A stretch of DNA of 64,000 nucleotides. Source: Actinomycetota bacterium. GTDB lineage: Bacteria > Actinomycetota > AC-67. A program made the translations under genes and the position numbers. The stretch spans positions 788 to 64,787 of the forward strand of contig DASWJS010000021.1 of the NCBI GenBank assembly GCA_036397035.1. The letters run 5' to 3'. A model generated the notes under the pieces. That model made no database searches. It had not been told where the DNA came from and saw only the letters and a program-made list of their open reading frames with translations. This document shows positions 53,183 through 62,182 of the stretch, one piece after another (positions within the stretch are counted from its first letter, which is position 1; each line of letters starts with the position of its first letter).

Positions 53183-53977
53183 ATGTGCCGGACCCTCTCC
53201 ACGCGCGCTCGGAACGCCGCCATGCTCCTCGCGGCAGCGGTTTCCGTGCTCGCGATCCCGGCGGCCGGCGAGGCCGCGCTCCCCAAGCGGATCGCATCGA
53301 GCTTCTTCTCCAAGAAGATCACGATCGACGACGACACGAAATGGCGGCTCGCGTGCAACGGCCCGTTCTCGTCCAACACGCAGATCCACGTGCTGGTCGT
53401 CAGCGTCGAGCCGGCAGACGGATCGGACCCGTTCACGTTCCAGTTCACCAGCACGTTCGTCAACAGCACCTGGACGATCGTCAAGGTCGGGCCCTACACC
53501 CACGAAGAGCACACCGGCCCGTCATCCACCTGGGAGGCCGGCGGCGGGCCGTCGATGAGCGGCAGGTCGCAGCCGGCGGGGACGCTGCGGGTCGCCGGCG
53601 CGTCGTGGGGAAACACCCTCCGCACCTGCGTCGTGACGCTCGACGGCGTCAAGAAGGAGTTGAAGAAGCGCCCCCGCTCGAACGCCCGCTACTGGCTGCC
53701 GACCGACGGGGAGGGCGCAGCCAGTTCCTCGAACGTCGAGAGCACCTGGGCGATCCGGTTCGAAGCCGACTTCGACGGCTTCCTCGTCGCGGCGCACGGA
53801 GGCAGCGCCGAGCAGGGAGTTGCGATCGCGGTCCCGCCGGAAGGAGACCCGGTCGTCGGCCGGCCTTTCTTCTTGGTCGCGCGGCCGACGTCCGGAACGT
53901 GGCGCTTCACGTCGGCGGGGTCCGGGCCGGCGCTGTTCGGCTTCGACCTCATGACGGCGCTCGTCCTGCCGCGCTGA
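53183..53977 (+). CDS. Secreted hypothetical protein
   Basis: Signal peptide (MLLAAAVSVLAIPAAGEA). No family recognised. Confidence 0.5.
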   Translation: MCRTLSTRARNAAMLLAAAVSVLAIPAAGEAALPKRIASSFFSKKITIDDDTKWRLACNGPFSSNTQIHVLVVSVEPADGSDPFTFQFTSTFVNSTWTIVKVGPYTHEEHTGPSSTWEAGGGPSMSGRSQPAGTLRVAGASWGNTLRTCVVTLDGVKKELKKRPRSNARYWLPTDGEGAASSSNVESTWAIRFEADFDGFLVAAHGGSAEQGVAIAVPPEGDPVVGRPFFLVARPTSGTWRFTSAGSGPALFGFDLMTALVLPR

Positions 53978-54016
53978 GGTCCCGCCCGGCACGCCGCCCG
54001 CGTCCGGCGCCCTACG

Positions 54017-54802
54017 TCAGCGCCCGGTGAACGTGGCCTTGCCGGGGCCGTGCTCGATGAACGAGCGCATGCCGGCCTTCTGGTCCTCGGTGGCGAACAG
54101 GTTCACGAAGACCTCGCGCTCGAACGCCAGCGCGTCGCCCATGTCCATCTCCAGCCCGCGCTGGATCGCCATCTTGGCCGCGCGCAGCGCCACGAGGGGA
54201 CCGCGCGCGTACGCGGCCGCCATCTCTACGGCGGTCTTGTAGACGTCCTCCGCCGGAACGACCTTGTCCACCAGCCCGATCTGGAGCGCTTCCACGCACC
54301 CGACGAACCGGCCCGAATAGATGATGTCCTTCGCGCGCGCCGGACCCACCAGGCGCGGCAGTCGTTGCGTCCCCCCGGCGCCCGGGATGATGCCCAGCAG
54401 GATCTCGGGCTGGCCGACCTGGGCGTTGTCGGCCATCACGCGGAAGTCGCAGCACATCATCAGCTCGCACCCGCCGCCGAGCGCGAAGCCGTTCACCGCG
54501 GCGATCGTGACCTTGGGGATCTCCTCGACCTGGGTGAAGACGCCCTGCAGCCCGGCCATCCGGTTCATCATCTCGGCGGGCGTGCGCTCGGCCATCTCCT
54601 TGATGTCGGCCCCGGCCGCGAACACCTTGTCGCCCCCGGTCACGACGATCGCCTTCACCGTGTCGTTGAACGTCGCCTCGCGGGCGGCGTCGGCAAGCCC
54701 CTCGACGACCTCGGCGTTGATCGCGTTCATCTTCGGCCGGTCAAGCCGGATGGTCCCGACGCCCGTCCCCTCGTCGATCTCGAACCGTACGACGTCACTC
54801 AT
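54017..54802 (-). CDS. echA: Enoyl-CoA hydratase (crotonase family)
   Basis: Crotonase fold, oxyanion-hole region: AAVNGFALGGGCELMMCCDFRVMADNAQVGQPEILLGIIPGAGGTQRL. Confidence 0.9.
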   Translation of the reverse strand: MSDVVRFEIDEGTGVGTIRLDRPKMNAINAEVVEGLADAAREATFNDTVKAIVVTGGDKVFAAGADIKEMAERTPAEMMNRMAGLQGVFTQVEEIPKVTIAAVNGFALGGGCELMMCCDFRVMADNAQVGQPEILLGIIPGAGGTQRLPRLVGPARAKDIIYSGRFVGCVEALQIGLVDKVVPAEDVYKTAVEMAAAYARGPLVALRAAKMAIQRGLEMDMGDALAFEREVFVNLFATEDQKAGMRSFIEHGPGKATFTGR

Positions 54803-54861
54803 CGCGCTCCCCCTCGGTCGCGACGCATCGTAGCAGCGCGCGCTGTGGCATCATCCGGCGC

Positions 54862-55572
54862 ATGCCCGGTCACCTCTACGCGGGGACGAGCGGCTTCGCC
54901 TACAAGGAGTGGAAGCCCGGCTTCTATCCGGCCGACCTGCCGCAGAAGCACTTCTTGCGCTACTACGCCGAGCATGTGCCGTCGGTCGAGATCAACAACA
55001 CGTTCTACCGGACCCCGACCGAGACCCTCCTCACGGGCTGGACCGAGCAGAGCCCGCCCGAGTTTCGTTTCACGCTGAAGGCGCCGCAGCGCATCACGCA
55101 CTACCGCCGCCTGCGGGAGGTGGACGAGGATCTCGGGTACTTCCTCACGGCCGCGCGTGCGCTCGGCGAGCGACTCGGCGCAATCCTGTTCCAGTGCCCG
55201 CCCACGCTGCGCTACGACGAGCAGCTCTTGAAGGACTTCCTCGCCGTCCTGCCGGGCGAGCCCTTCCGCTTCGCGATGGAGTTCCGCCACTCATCCTGGG
55301 ATACCGGCGAGGCTCGCGCGCACCTGCACGCGAACAACGTCGCCTGGTGCGTCGCCGAGACCGGCGACGACCTGCCGTACGTGCAGACCGCGCAGGGCTT
55401 CGCCTACCTGCGTCTGCGCCGCGACGGCTACACCCAAGCCGACGTCGAGCGGTGGGCGCGAGCGGTGGGCCCGGCGCTCGACGCCGGCTCCGACGTCTAC
55501 GCCTACTTCAAGCACGAAGACTCGACCGAGGGCGTGCGCGCCGCGCAGCGCCTGATCGAGCTTGTCTCCTGA
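54862..55572 (+). CDS. DUF72-family protein
   Basis: MPGHLYAGTSGFAYKEWKPGFYP...INNTFYRTP is a typical DUF72 (YecE-like) N-terminus. Confidence 0.75.
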   Translation: MPGHLYAGTSGFAYKEWKPGFYPADLPQKHFLRYYAEHVPSVEINNTFYRTPTETLLTGWTEQSPPEFRFTLKAPQRITHYRRLREVDEDLGYFLTAARALGERLGAILFQCPPTLRYDEQLLKDFLAVLPGEPFRFAMEFRHSSWDTGEARAHLHANNVAWCVAETGDDLPYVQTAQGFAYLRLRRDGYTQADVERWARAVGPALDAGSDVYAYFKHEDSTEGVRAAQRLIELVS

Positions 55573-55587
55573 GCCCGCGGCGCACGC

Positions 55588-56439
55588 CTACGCGGGAGGC
55601 TCCAGCACCGCGTCGAGCCCGATCACGTGGTACCCGAACGTCACGTCGCCCACTTGGATCGAGCCGATCGTGATCGTGAAGCCGTTTTCGTCGCCGGCAG
55701 ACACCCAGTAGAAGTCGCCCGGATCGCTCGTCGGCGTCAGGACGACGACCGGGACGACGCCATCGAAGAAGGGCGTCGGGAAGGCGCACGCAACCGAGGT
55801 CTCGCCCAGCGGGAGCGTGCAGAACCCCGCGACGTCGCCCGGGATGTCCGCGGGCGCCAGGGTCGTGTCCGCGTAGGCGTGCAGGTGCCCCGACACGCCC
55901 GCGTCCGATGCCGACCACACACCGTAGGTGCCGTCGCCGATCCCGGGCGTCCAGCCCGCGACGCCGACGACGGCCCCGTCGCCTTCAACACCGAAGGCGC
56001 CCACGCCGTACAGGCCGAGCGAGCCGATTCCGAACGCGCCGAACAGGTCGCCCTCGAAGACGCCTCCGACCCCGGAGGAGCCCGGCGCGACGCCCCAGAC
56101 TCCGGTGCCGTCTACGCCCTTCGAGAGACCCTTCACGCCGACCCCGCCGCCCCCGCTCCGGACCGACCTGCCCTCGACGCCCGCTCCGGTCGCCGACGTG
56201 TGCGTCACGCCTTGCAGGGCGGGGTTGGTGCCCGAACTCTTGGTGCGCTCGAACTTGCCGGTGATGCCGCCGACGCTCTTGCCGAACAGCGCCTTGCCGG
56301 TGCCACTGGTGTTCTTCACCGTCAGGGTCGTCCCTGAACCCCCGTGCGTGAACGTTTGCGTCGCCGCCCATGCGATCCCGGACGGGATCGCCAAGGCCGC
56401 AACCACGGCGGCGGTCATCACAACCGTCTTCCTGTTCAT
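55588..56439 (-). CDS. Secreted glycine-rich hypothetical protein
   Basis: Start MNRKTVVMTAAVVAALAIPSGIAWA (RBS GGGAGGGGGAG). Gly-rich repeats (GVGGVFEGDLFGAFGIGSLGLYGVGAFGVEGDGAVVGVAG) and a C-terminal Cys-containing domain. Confidence 0.5.
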   Translation of the reverse strand: MNRKTVVMTAAVVAALAIPSGIAWAATQTFTHGGSGTTLTVKNTSGTGKALFGKSVGGITGKFERTKSSGTNPALQGVTHTSATGAGVEGRSVRSGGGGVGVKGLSKGVDGTGVWGVAPGSSGVGGVFEGDLFGAFGIGSLGLYGVGAFGVEGDGAVVGVAGWTPGIGDGTYGVWSASDAGVSGHLHAYADTTLAPADIPGDVAGFCTLPLGETSVACAFPTPFFDGVVPVVVLTPTSDPGDFYWVSAGDENGFTITIGSIQVGDVTFGYHVIGLDAVLEPPA

Positions 56440-56459
56440 TGCTCCCCCTCCCGGCGAGA

Positions 56460-57266
56460 TCACGCGCTCTGGATCTCGCCCGTTTCCTTGTCCACCTTCC
56501 TGCCCGCCGTCGCGTCGACCGAAGCCTTCAGCGCGGCGATGAGGTCCACGACGGTCGCGGTCTCGGCCTCCTCGACGACCTCGATCTCCTTGCCGGCGAT
56601 CTTCTGCTCGACGAGCGCCTCGATCTTCTCCCGATACTGGTCCTTGTAGGCCTTGGGGCTCCAGTCCGCGGTCATGTTGTCGATGAGCGCGCGGGCCATC
56701 TTGATCTCCTCGTCGCGGATCTCGACCTCCTCGTCCGGCTCGTCGAAGGACGCCGCGCGGATCTCGTCGGGCCAGTACATGGTCTCCAGCACGAAGACCC
56801 CGTCGCGCACGCGGAGCGTCGCGAGATGCTCCTTGTCCCGGAAGGCCACCGTGGCGATCGCGACGCGGTCGTCGTCGGTCAGCGCCTGCGCCATCAGCTT
56901 GTAGGCCTTCGTCCCGACGCTTTCCGGCGACAGGTAGTACGAGCGCTGGAAGTAGATCGAGTCGAGCTGCTCGCGCGGCACGAAGGTGAGAATGTCGATC
57001 CGGCGCGTGTTCCCGAGCCCCGCGTCCAGCTCCTCGTCGGTGAGGATCACGTAGTTGTCCTTCTCGAACTCGTAGCCGCGGACGATCTCGTCGAAGGGCA
57101 CCTCCTGCTCGCAGACGTTGCAGAAGCGCTTGTAGCGGATGCGTCCCTTGTCCTTCTCGTGGAGCTGGTTGAAGCGGAAGGTCTTCTCCTCGATCGCGGA
57201 GTGCAGCTTGATCGGGATCGTGACGAGCCCGAAGGAGATCGCGCCCTTCCAGATCGCTCTCGGCAT
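56460..57266 (-). CDS. ku: Non-homologous end joining protein Ku
   Basis: MPRAIWKGAISFGLVTIPIKL..., a classic bacterial Ku N-terminus. RBS GGGGAGG upstream of the ATG at 57266. Confidence 0.9.
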   Translation of the reverse strand: MPRAIWKGAISFGLVTIPIKLHSAIEEKTFRFNQLHEKDKGRIRYKRFCNVCEQEVPFDEIVRGYEFEKDNYVILTDEELDAGLGNTRRIDILTFVPREQLDSIYFQRSYYLSPESVGTKAYKLMAQALTDDDRVAIATVAFRDKEHLATLRVRDGVFVLETMYWPDEIRAASFDEPDEEVEIRDEEIKMARALIDNMTADWSPKAYKDQYREKIEALVEQKIAGKEIEVVEEAETATVVDLIAALKASVDATAGRKVDKETGEIQSA

Positions 57267-57381
57267 GGTGCCTCCCCGGTTCTCGTGGCCGCCCGGCCGC
57301 ATCCCCGACTCGGCGACCCGGACACGGCCGTACAGCCTAGTCGTCCCCACACGGGCCGGGGCGGATTACGCTCCCGGGCTG

Positions 57382-59820
57382 ATGAGCTTCCGCACGACGA
57401 TGGAGTTCCCGCAGCCGTTCGTGCCGGTGAAACGCGGGCAGCACTGGTACCTGGAGGCCGGAGACCGGGAGGTCAAGCTCTCCAACCTGCCCAAGGTCTT
57501 CTACCCGCGGACGGGCTTCACCAAGGGCGACCTGCTGGCCGCGTACTACAACCTCGCGCCGACGCTGCTCCCCTATCTGCACGACCGCCCGCTCACGCTG
57601 CGGCGGATGCCCGACGGCGCCGAAGGCGACGAGTTCTACGAGAAGCAGGCGCCCGCGCACACGCCCGACTGGGTGCCGCGCGCGTACATCGAAGGGCACG
57701 GCCGCAAGGGCGCGACCGACTTCCTGATGGCGCAGGACGTCGCGAGCCTGCTCTACGTGGTGAACTTGGGCTGCATCGAGATGCACCCGATGCACGCCCG
57801 GCAGACGTCCTTCGACCGGCCCGACTACGCGTTCTTCGACCTGGACCCGTTTCCGCCGATCGAGTTCTCGACCGTTCGAGCGGTCGCCCGCATGGTCGGC
57901 GTCGCGCTGGAGAGCCTCGGCCTGACCGGCTACCCGAAGATCTCCGGCGCGACCGGGATCGTCGTCTACGTGCCGCTCGACGGCTCACACACCTACGAAG
58001 AAGCGCGAGCCTTCGTCGAGCGCGTCTGCCGCATCGTCAACCGCGCGAACCCCGAGCAGACCACGATGGCCTGGGAAGTCGCCAAGCGCGCGGGCAAGGT
58101 GTTCCTGGACTTCGCGATGGTGAGCGAAGGGCGCAACATCGCGAGCGTCTACTCCGTTCGGCCCACGCCCACCGCGACCGTCGGCGTGCCCGTCGCATGG
58201 GACGAGCTGGACACCGACGTCACGCCCGAGGACTTCACGATCGCGACCGTGTGGGACCGGCTCGCGCGCGTGGGCGACCTCTTCGAGCCGATGCGCGCCG
58301 CCGGCACGCCGGCCGGCCACAACCTTTCGGACGCCGCCGCGAAAGTGGGCCTCGATCTCGCAAGCCTCCGCCCCCCACCCCAAGACGCTCCCCCGCCACC
58401 CGCGGCGCTTCAGGAGTACAAGGCGAAGCGGTCCTTCACCGTCACGCCGGAGCCGGAAGGCCGCGTCGCGATGTCGCCGGCGGGGAACTTCTTCATGATT
58501 CACAAGCACCACGCGCGCCGGCTCCACTACGACTTGCGGCTCGAACGCGGCGGCGTCCTGGTGTCCTATGCCGTCCCGCGCGGGCTCCCCGAGGTGCCCA
58601 ACGAGCGGCGGCTCGCCGTCCACGTCGAGGACCACCCGTTCGAGTACGGCTCGTTCGAGGGCACGATCCCGAAGGGCGAGTACGGCGCGGGCGAGGCGCG
58701 CATCTACGACAGCGGCACCTACGACGCCGTCGAGTGGCTCGACGACAAGCTGACGATTCGCCTGCACGGCGAGCGCGTCTGGGGCGAGTACCACCTCGTC
58801 CAGACCGACGGCAAGAACTGGCTGATCTTCCGCAGCGCACGCGACGTGCCCATGCCCGAGCCCAACGCGCCGCCCTCGATCGAGCCCATGCTGGCCACGC
58901 TGACCAAGCAGCCCTTCGACGACCCGGACTGGGTGTTCGAGCCGAAGTGGGACGGCGTGCGCACGCTCGCGTTCATCCGGTCCGGGTCGCTGAAGCTGCT
59001 GTCGCGCCGCAAGCGCGACGTGACCGAGCTGTACCCGGAGCTGGGCCCGATGGCCGAGCAGCTCGCCGCGCGCAACGGCCTCGTCGACGGCGAGGTCGTC
59101 GCCTTCGACGGCGAGACGCCGAGCTTCGAGCGAATCCAATCCCGCTTCACGCAGACGAAGCCCTCGAGCCGTCTGCTGAAGACGACGCCGGTCGACTTCC
59201 TCGCCTTCGACCTGCTCTGGCTGGACGGCGAGTCGCTGATGGACCGCACGCTGGAGGAGCGGCGGGCGCTGCTCGAGCGGCTGCTCGTTCCCGCAGCGCG
59301 CATCCAGATCTCGCCGCAGATCCCCGAGGCCGGCGTCGCGTTCTTCGAAGTCGCCGAGCAGCGCGGGCTCGAAGGCATCGTGGCGAAGCGGCGCGGCTCG
59401 ATCTACCGGCCGGGGCAGCGCTCGAGGGACTGGCTGAAGGTCAAGGCGGTGAAGACGCTCGACGTGGTAATCCTCGGCTGGACGCCGGGACAGGGCGCGC
59501 GCGACGGCAGCCTCGGCTCGATCGTGGCCGGCATCTACCGGGGCGGCCGGCTCGCCTACGCGGGCCACGTCGGCACGGGCTTCACCGACCGTCTCGCCAC
59601 GCAGCTCGTCGAGCGGCTCGCGCCGCTGGAAACCGCGGAGCCCGCGATCCCCATCCCGCCCGCCGACGAGGTGGACACCAGCGCCGCGCGCTGGAGTCGG
59701 CCGGAGCTGGTGTGCGAGGTCGAGTACTTGCAATTCACCTCGCAGGGACGGATGCGCGCCGCGTCGTTCAAGCGTCTTCGCGAGGATAAGGTCCCGAGCG
59801 AATGCGTCGTCGAAGCCTGA
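57382..59820 (+). CDS. ligD: Multidomain ATP-dependent DNA ligase LigD (polymerase-primase / phosphoesterase / ligase)
   Basis: N-terminal Pol domain (FDLDP). Central phosphoesterase (HKHHARRLHYDLRLE). C-terminal ligase with the adenylation lysine in EPKWDGVR. Divergent from ku. The start (57382 or 57400) is uncertain. Confidence 0.9.
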   Translation: MSFRTTMEFPQPFVPVKRGQHWYLEAGDREVKLSNLPKVFYPRTGFTKGDLLAAYYNLAPTLLPYLHDRPLTLRRMPDGAEGDEFYEKQAPAHTPDWVPRAYIEGHGRKGATDFLMAQDVASLLYVVNLGCIEMHPMHARQTSFDRPDYAFFDLDPFPPIEFSTVRAVARMVGVALESLGLTGYPKISGATGIVVYVPLDGSHTYEEARAFVERVCRIVNRANPEQTTMAWEVAKRAGKVFLDFAMVSEGRNIASVYSVRPTPTATVGVPVAWDELDTDVTPEDFTIATVWDRLARVGDLFEPMRAAGTPAGHNLSDAAAKVGLDLASLRPPPQDAPPPPAALQEYKAKRSFTVTPEPEGRVAMSPAGNFFMIHKHHARRLHYDLRLERGGVLVSYAVPRGLPEVPNERRLAVHVEDHPFEYGSFEGTIPKGEYGAGEARIYDSGTYDAVEWLDDKLTIRLHGERVWGEYHLVQTDGKNWLIFRSARDVPMPEPNAPPSIEPMLATLTKQPFDDPDWVFEPKWDGVRTLAFIRSGSLKLLSRRKRDVTELYPELGPMAEQLAARNGLVDGEVVAFDGETPSFERIQSRFTQTKPSSRLLKTTPVDFLAFDLLWLDGESLMDRTLEERRALLERLLVPAARIQISPQIPEAGVAFFEVAEQRGLEGIVAKRRGSIYRPGQRSRDWLKVKAVKTLDVVILGWTPGQGARDGSLGSIVAGIYRGGRLAYAGHVGTGFTDRLATQLVERLAPLETAEPAIPIPPADEVDTSAARWSRPELVCEVEYLQFTSQGRMRAASFKRLREDKVPSECVVEA

Positions 59821-60398
59821 TCGCCCTCCTCGCCGCGCTCACCGCTTGCGGCTCGGGCGAGCCGGTTTTCGAGGTCACCGACCTGCCGCGGCTCGTCCTG
59901 CAGAAGGAGGAGGCGCCGAAGGGCACGACGCTGCTCGACGACTCGTCGGGCTATCGATCGATCGAGGTCTTCGCAGAAGACGACCAAGAGCAGACCGACC
60001 TGCTCGTCGCCGGGTTCGTCAGCTCCTACGTCAACACGTTCCTCGCGCCGGAGCTGTTCGGCGAGCACCGCTTGAACCCCGCCGCGAGCCTGGCGGTGTC
60101 CTATGCGATCCTGTTCGACGACGCCGGCGCGGCCGAGCGCGGCATCGAGGTGGTCAAGCAAGACCTGCTGCGAGACGGCACGGACCTGATCGGGCGGGAG
60201 GCGCCGCCCTTCGGCTCGGACGGCTTCGGCCTCTACGGGGATCTCCAGGCGGGGCGCCCGCCGGGCTTCGCCTTCGTGTGGCGCATCGGCAACGTCGTGC
60301 AGGCGCTCGTCGCCGCCGGCGCGCGCGGCGCGATCCGCGAAGAGGCCGCGCTCACCCTCGCACGGGCCATGGCAACGCGCGCGGAGCGGCTCAGATGA
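59802..60398 (+). CDS. Putative lipoprotein, hypothetical
   Basis: Lipobox-like LIALLAALTACGSG. Confidence 0.45.
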   Translation: MRRRSLIALLAALTACGSGEPVFEVTDLPRLVLQKEEAPKGTTLLDDSSGYRSIEVFAEDDQEQTDLLVAGFVSSYVNTFLAPELFGEHRLNPAASLAVSYAILFDDAGAAERGIEVVKQDLLRDGTDLIGREAPPFGSDGFGLYGDLQAGRPPGFAFVWRIGNVVQALVAAGARGAIREEAALTLARAMATRAERLR

Positions 60399-60867
60399 CG
60401 GCGCGCCCCAGCTCTTGGCCGTCGAGCACGAAACGGATGGTCGTGATCGGCGGGCCGGGCCTTCGAATCGCGAGGAACGATTCGAGGGCGCCCGTCGGGC
60501 TCGCGCAGGCGTCGCTCGCGGTGGCGGTCACGGTCACCTCGCCGTCGCGGTACTCGACGCGCTGCGTGCGCACGCCGTCGCCCGCGCAACCGCGGCGACC
60601 CCACCACGCCGCAACGCCCACGAAGCGACGGAAGTCCACCGTGGGCAACCGCACCTTGGCGCCGGGAAGGCACGCGGTCTGCCGGTCGAAGACGTCGATC
60701 CAGCGGCTCTCGCTCGGGGCCGCCATGAAGCTGGGTCCGTCGGTGCACGGCGCCGGGTTCAGCTTCTCGCTGATGGCGCGAAACCGTACGGGATCGCCCG
60801 GCGCCGGCGGCGCCGCCGGGCTTCGGCACGCGGCGACCAACGCCAGGATGAGCACCACTCGCCGCAT
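60391..60867 (-). CDS. Putative lipoprotein, hypothetical
   Basis: Signal and lipobox-like VVLILALVAACRSP. Several Cys residues. Confidence 0.45.
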   Translation of the reverse strand: MRRVVLILALVAACRSPAAPPAPGDPVRFRAISEKLNPAPCTDGPSFMAAPSESRWIDVFDRQTACLPGAKVRLPTVDFRRFVGVAAWWGRRGCAGDGVRTQRVEYRDGEVTVTATASDACASPTGALESFLAIRRPGPPITTIRFVLDGQELGRAVI

Positions 60868-60915
60868 GAGCGCGACGATACCGACGCTCGCCGGGCGCGG
60901 CTAGCATGCCCGCTC

Positions 60916-61413
60916 GTGGAGCTGCTCGATCGCATTCGCCACTACCGCCGGACGAAACATGCGGCGGCTCTTCGGCGCGCGGGCGACCCCGCGGGCGCCG
61001 TCGACGCGGTCGCGCCGGTCTTGGTGGCCGACCCCGACAACGTCCACGCGAACGCCGAGATGGCGCGGGCGCTGCGACTCCTGGGCGATCCCGCCGGAGC
61101 GGAGGAGCACCTGCGAACGGCGCTCGCCGCCGTGCTCGACTACCACCTCACGGTCGAGCTGGCCGAGGCGGTGGCGGAGCAGGGACGCGGGGCGGAAGCG
61201 ACCGTCCTGCTGGACGGAGCGCTCAGCATGGCGGACGGAGCGCCCCGGCTGGATCCCGGCGAGGCGCTCGTCGTCCGGGCCGCGATCGAGCACGCGACGG
61301 GCGACGACGCGGCCGCTCGCGCGAGCCTCGACGCGATCCCGCGCAAGCGGGCGAGCCGCCAGACCGCGGCGCTCGCCGAGCGGCTGCGCGCGCGCCTCGA
61401 CCCCGGGGAGTAG
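60916..61413 (+). CDS. Small Ala-rich helical (TPR-like) hypothetical protein, uncertain
   Basis: GTG-initiated frame encoding helical repeats (AEMARALRLLGDPAGAEEHLRTALAAVLDYHL...). Weak evidence. Confidence 0.3.
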   Translation: MELLDRIRHYRRTKHAAALRRAGDPAGAVDAVAPVLVADPDNVHANAEMARALRLLGDPAGAEEHLRTALAAVLDYHLTVELAEAVAEQGRGAEATVLLDGALSMADGAPRLDPGEALVVRAAIEHATGDDAAARASLDAIPRKRASRQTAALAERLRARLDPGE

Positions 61414-61429
61414 CGCGCCGTTTCGGGTG

Positions 61430-62182
61430 CTACCGAGCCGGACCGAACCGGCGCGCCTCGTCCAGCGGCGGGTCTGCCAGCGCCTCGGCCAGCTCGCGCG
61501 GCAACCGTCCGACCACCCCGCCCGAGCGGCCCTCCGGCGGCCACCGCCGGAGCACCTCGCGCCAGGTGAGCTCCTCGGGGCCCATCAGGTCGTACACGCC
61601 GCGCACTTCGGCTTCGCGCGCGTCGGCCGCGACGATCGCCTCGACGACGTCGGCGAGCGCGACCGGCCGCGTCGAACCGCGCGGGATCGCGGTGGCTCCG
61701 ACGCGCCCGGTCGTGCGGGCGAACAGGCGCGGCAGCGTCTCGGCGATCGGCGTGGTGCGAAAGATCGCGTGTTCGCAGCCGGCCTCGATTACGTGCCGTT
61801 CGGCCGCGCCGCGCGAGGCGAGGAACGGGTTCGGCGAGTCCGGGTCGGCGCCCGGCGTCGAGAGCATGATGATCCTTCGCACGCCGGCAGCGCGGGCGGC
61901 GATCGCGGCGCACTCGGCGCTCTCCCGGTTGAGAAGGTCGTAGCTCGACCCCGGCGGCGGCCACGCGCCGCCGACCAGGTGGACCAGCGTGTGCACCTGC
62001 GTCGCCGCGGACTCCAGGCGCTCGACCGCGCAGGTCTCCCCCAGCGCCACGTGCGCTCCCGCGGCGCGCAGCGCCGCGTCGTCGCGACGAAGGTACGCGC
62101 GCACCTGCCCACCTTCGGCCAGCAGACGAGCCGCGAGCGCCCGGCCGACCACCCCGGTGGCCCCCGTGATCAGGACCGGCAT
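61430..62182 (-). CDS. NAD(P)H-binding protein, NmrA/atypical SDR family
   Basis: N-terminal Rossmann motif MPVLITGATGVVGRALAARLL. Immediately abuts the upstream mutase gene. Confidence 0.7.
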   Translation of the reverse strand: MPVLITGATGVVGRALAARLLAEGGQVRAYLRRDDAALRAAGAHVALGETCAVERLESAATQVHTLVHLVGGAWPPPGSSYDLLNRESAECAAIAARAAGVRRIIMLSTPGADPDSPNPFLASRGAAERHVIEAGCEHAIFRTTPIAETLPRLFARTTGRVGATAIPRGSTRPVALADVVEAIVAADAREAEVRGVYDLMGPEELTWREVLRRWPPEGRSGGVVGRLPRELAEALADPPLDEARRFGPAR

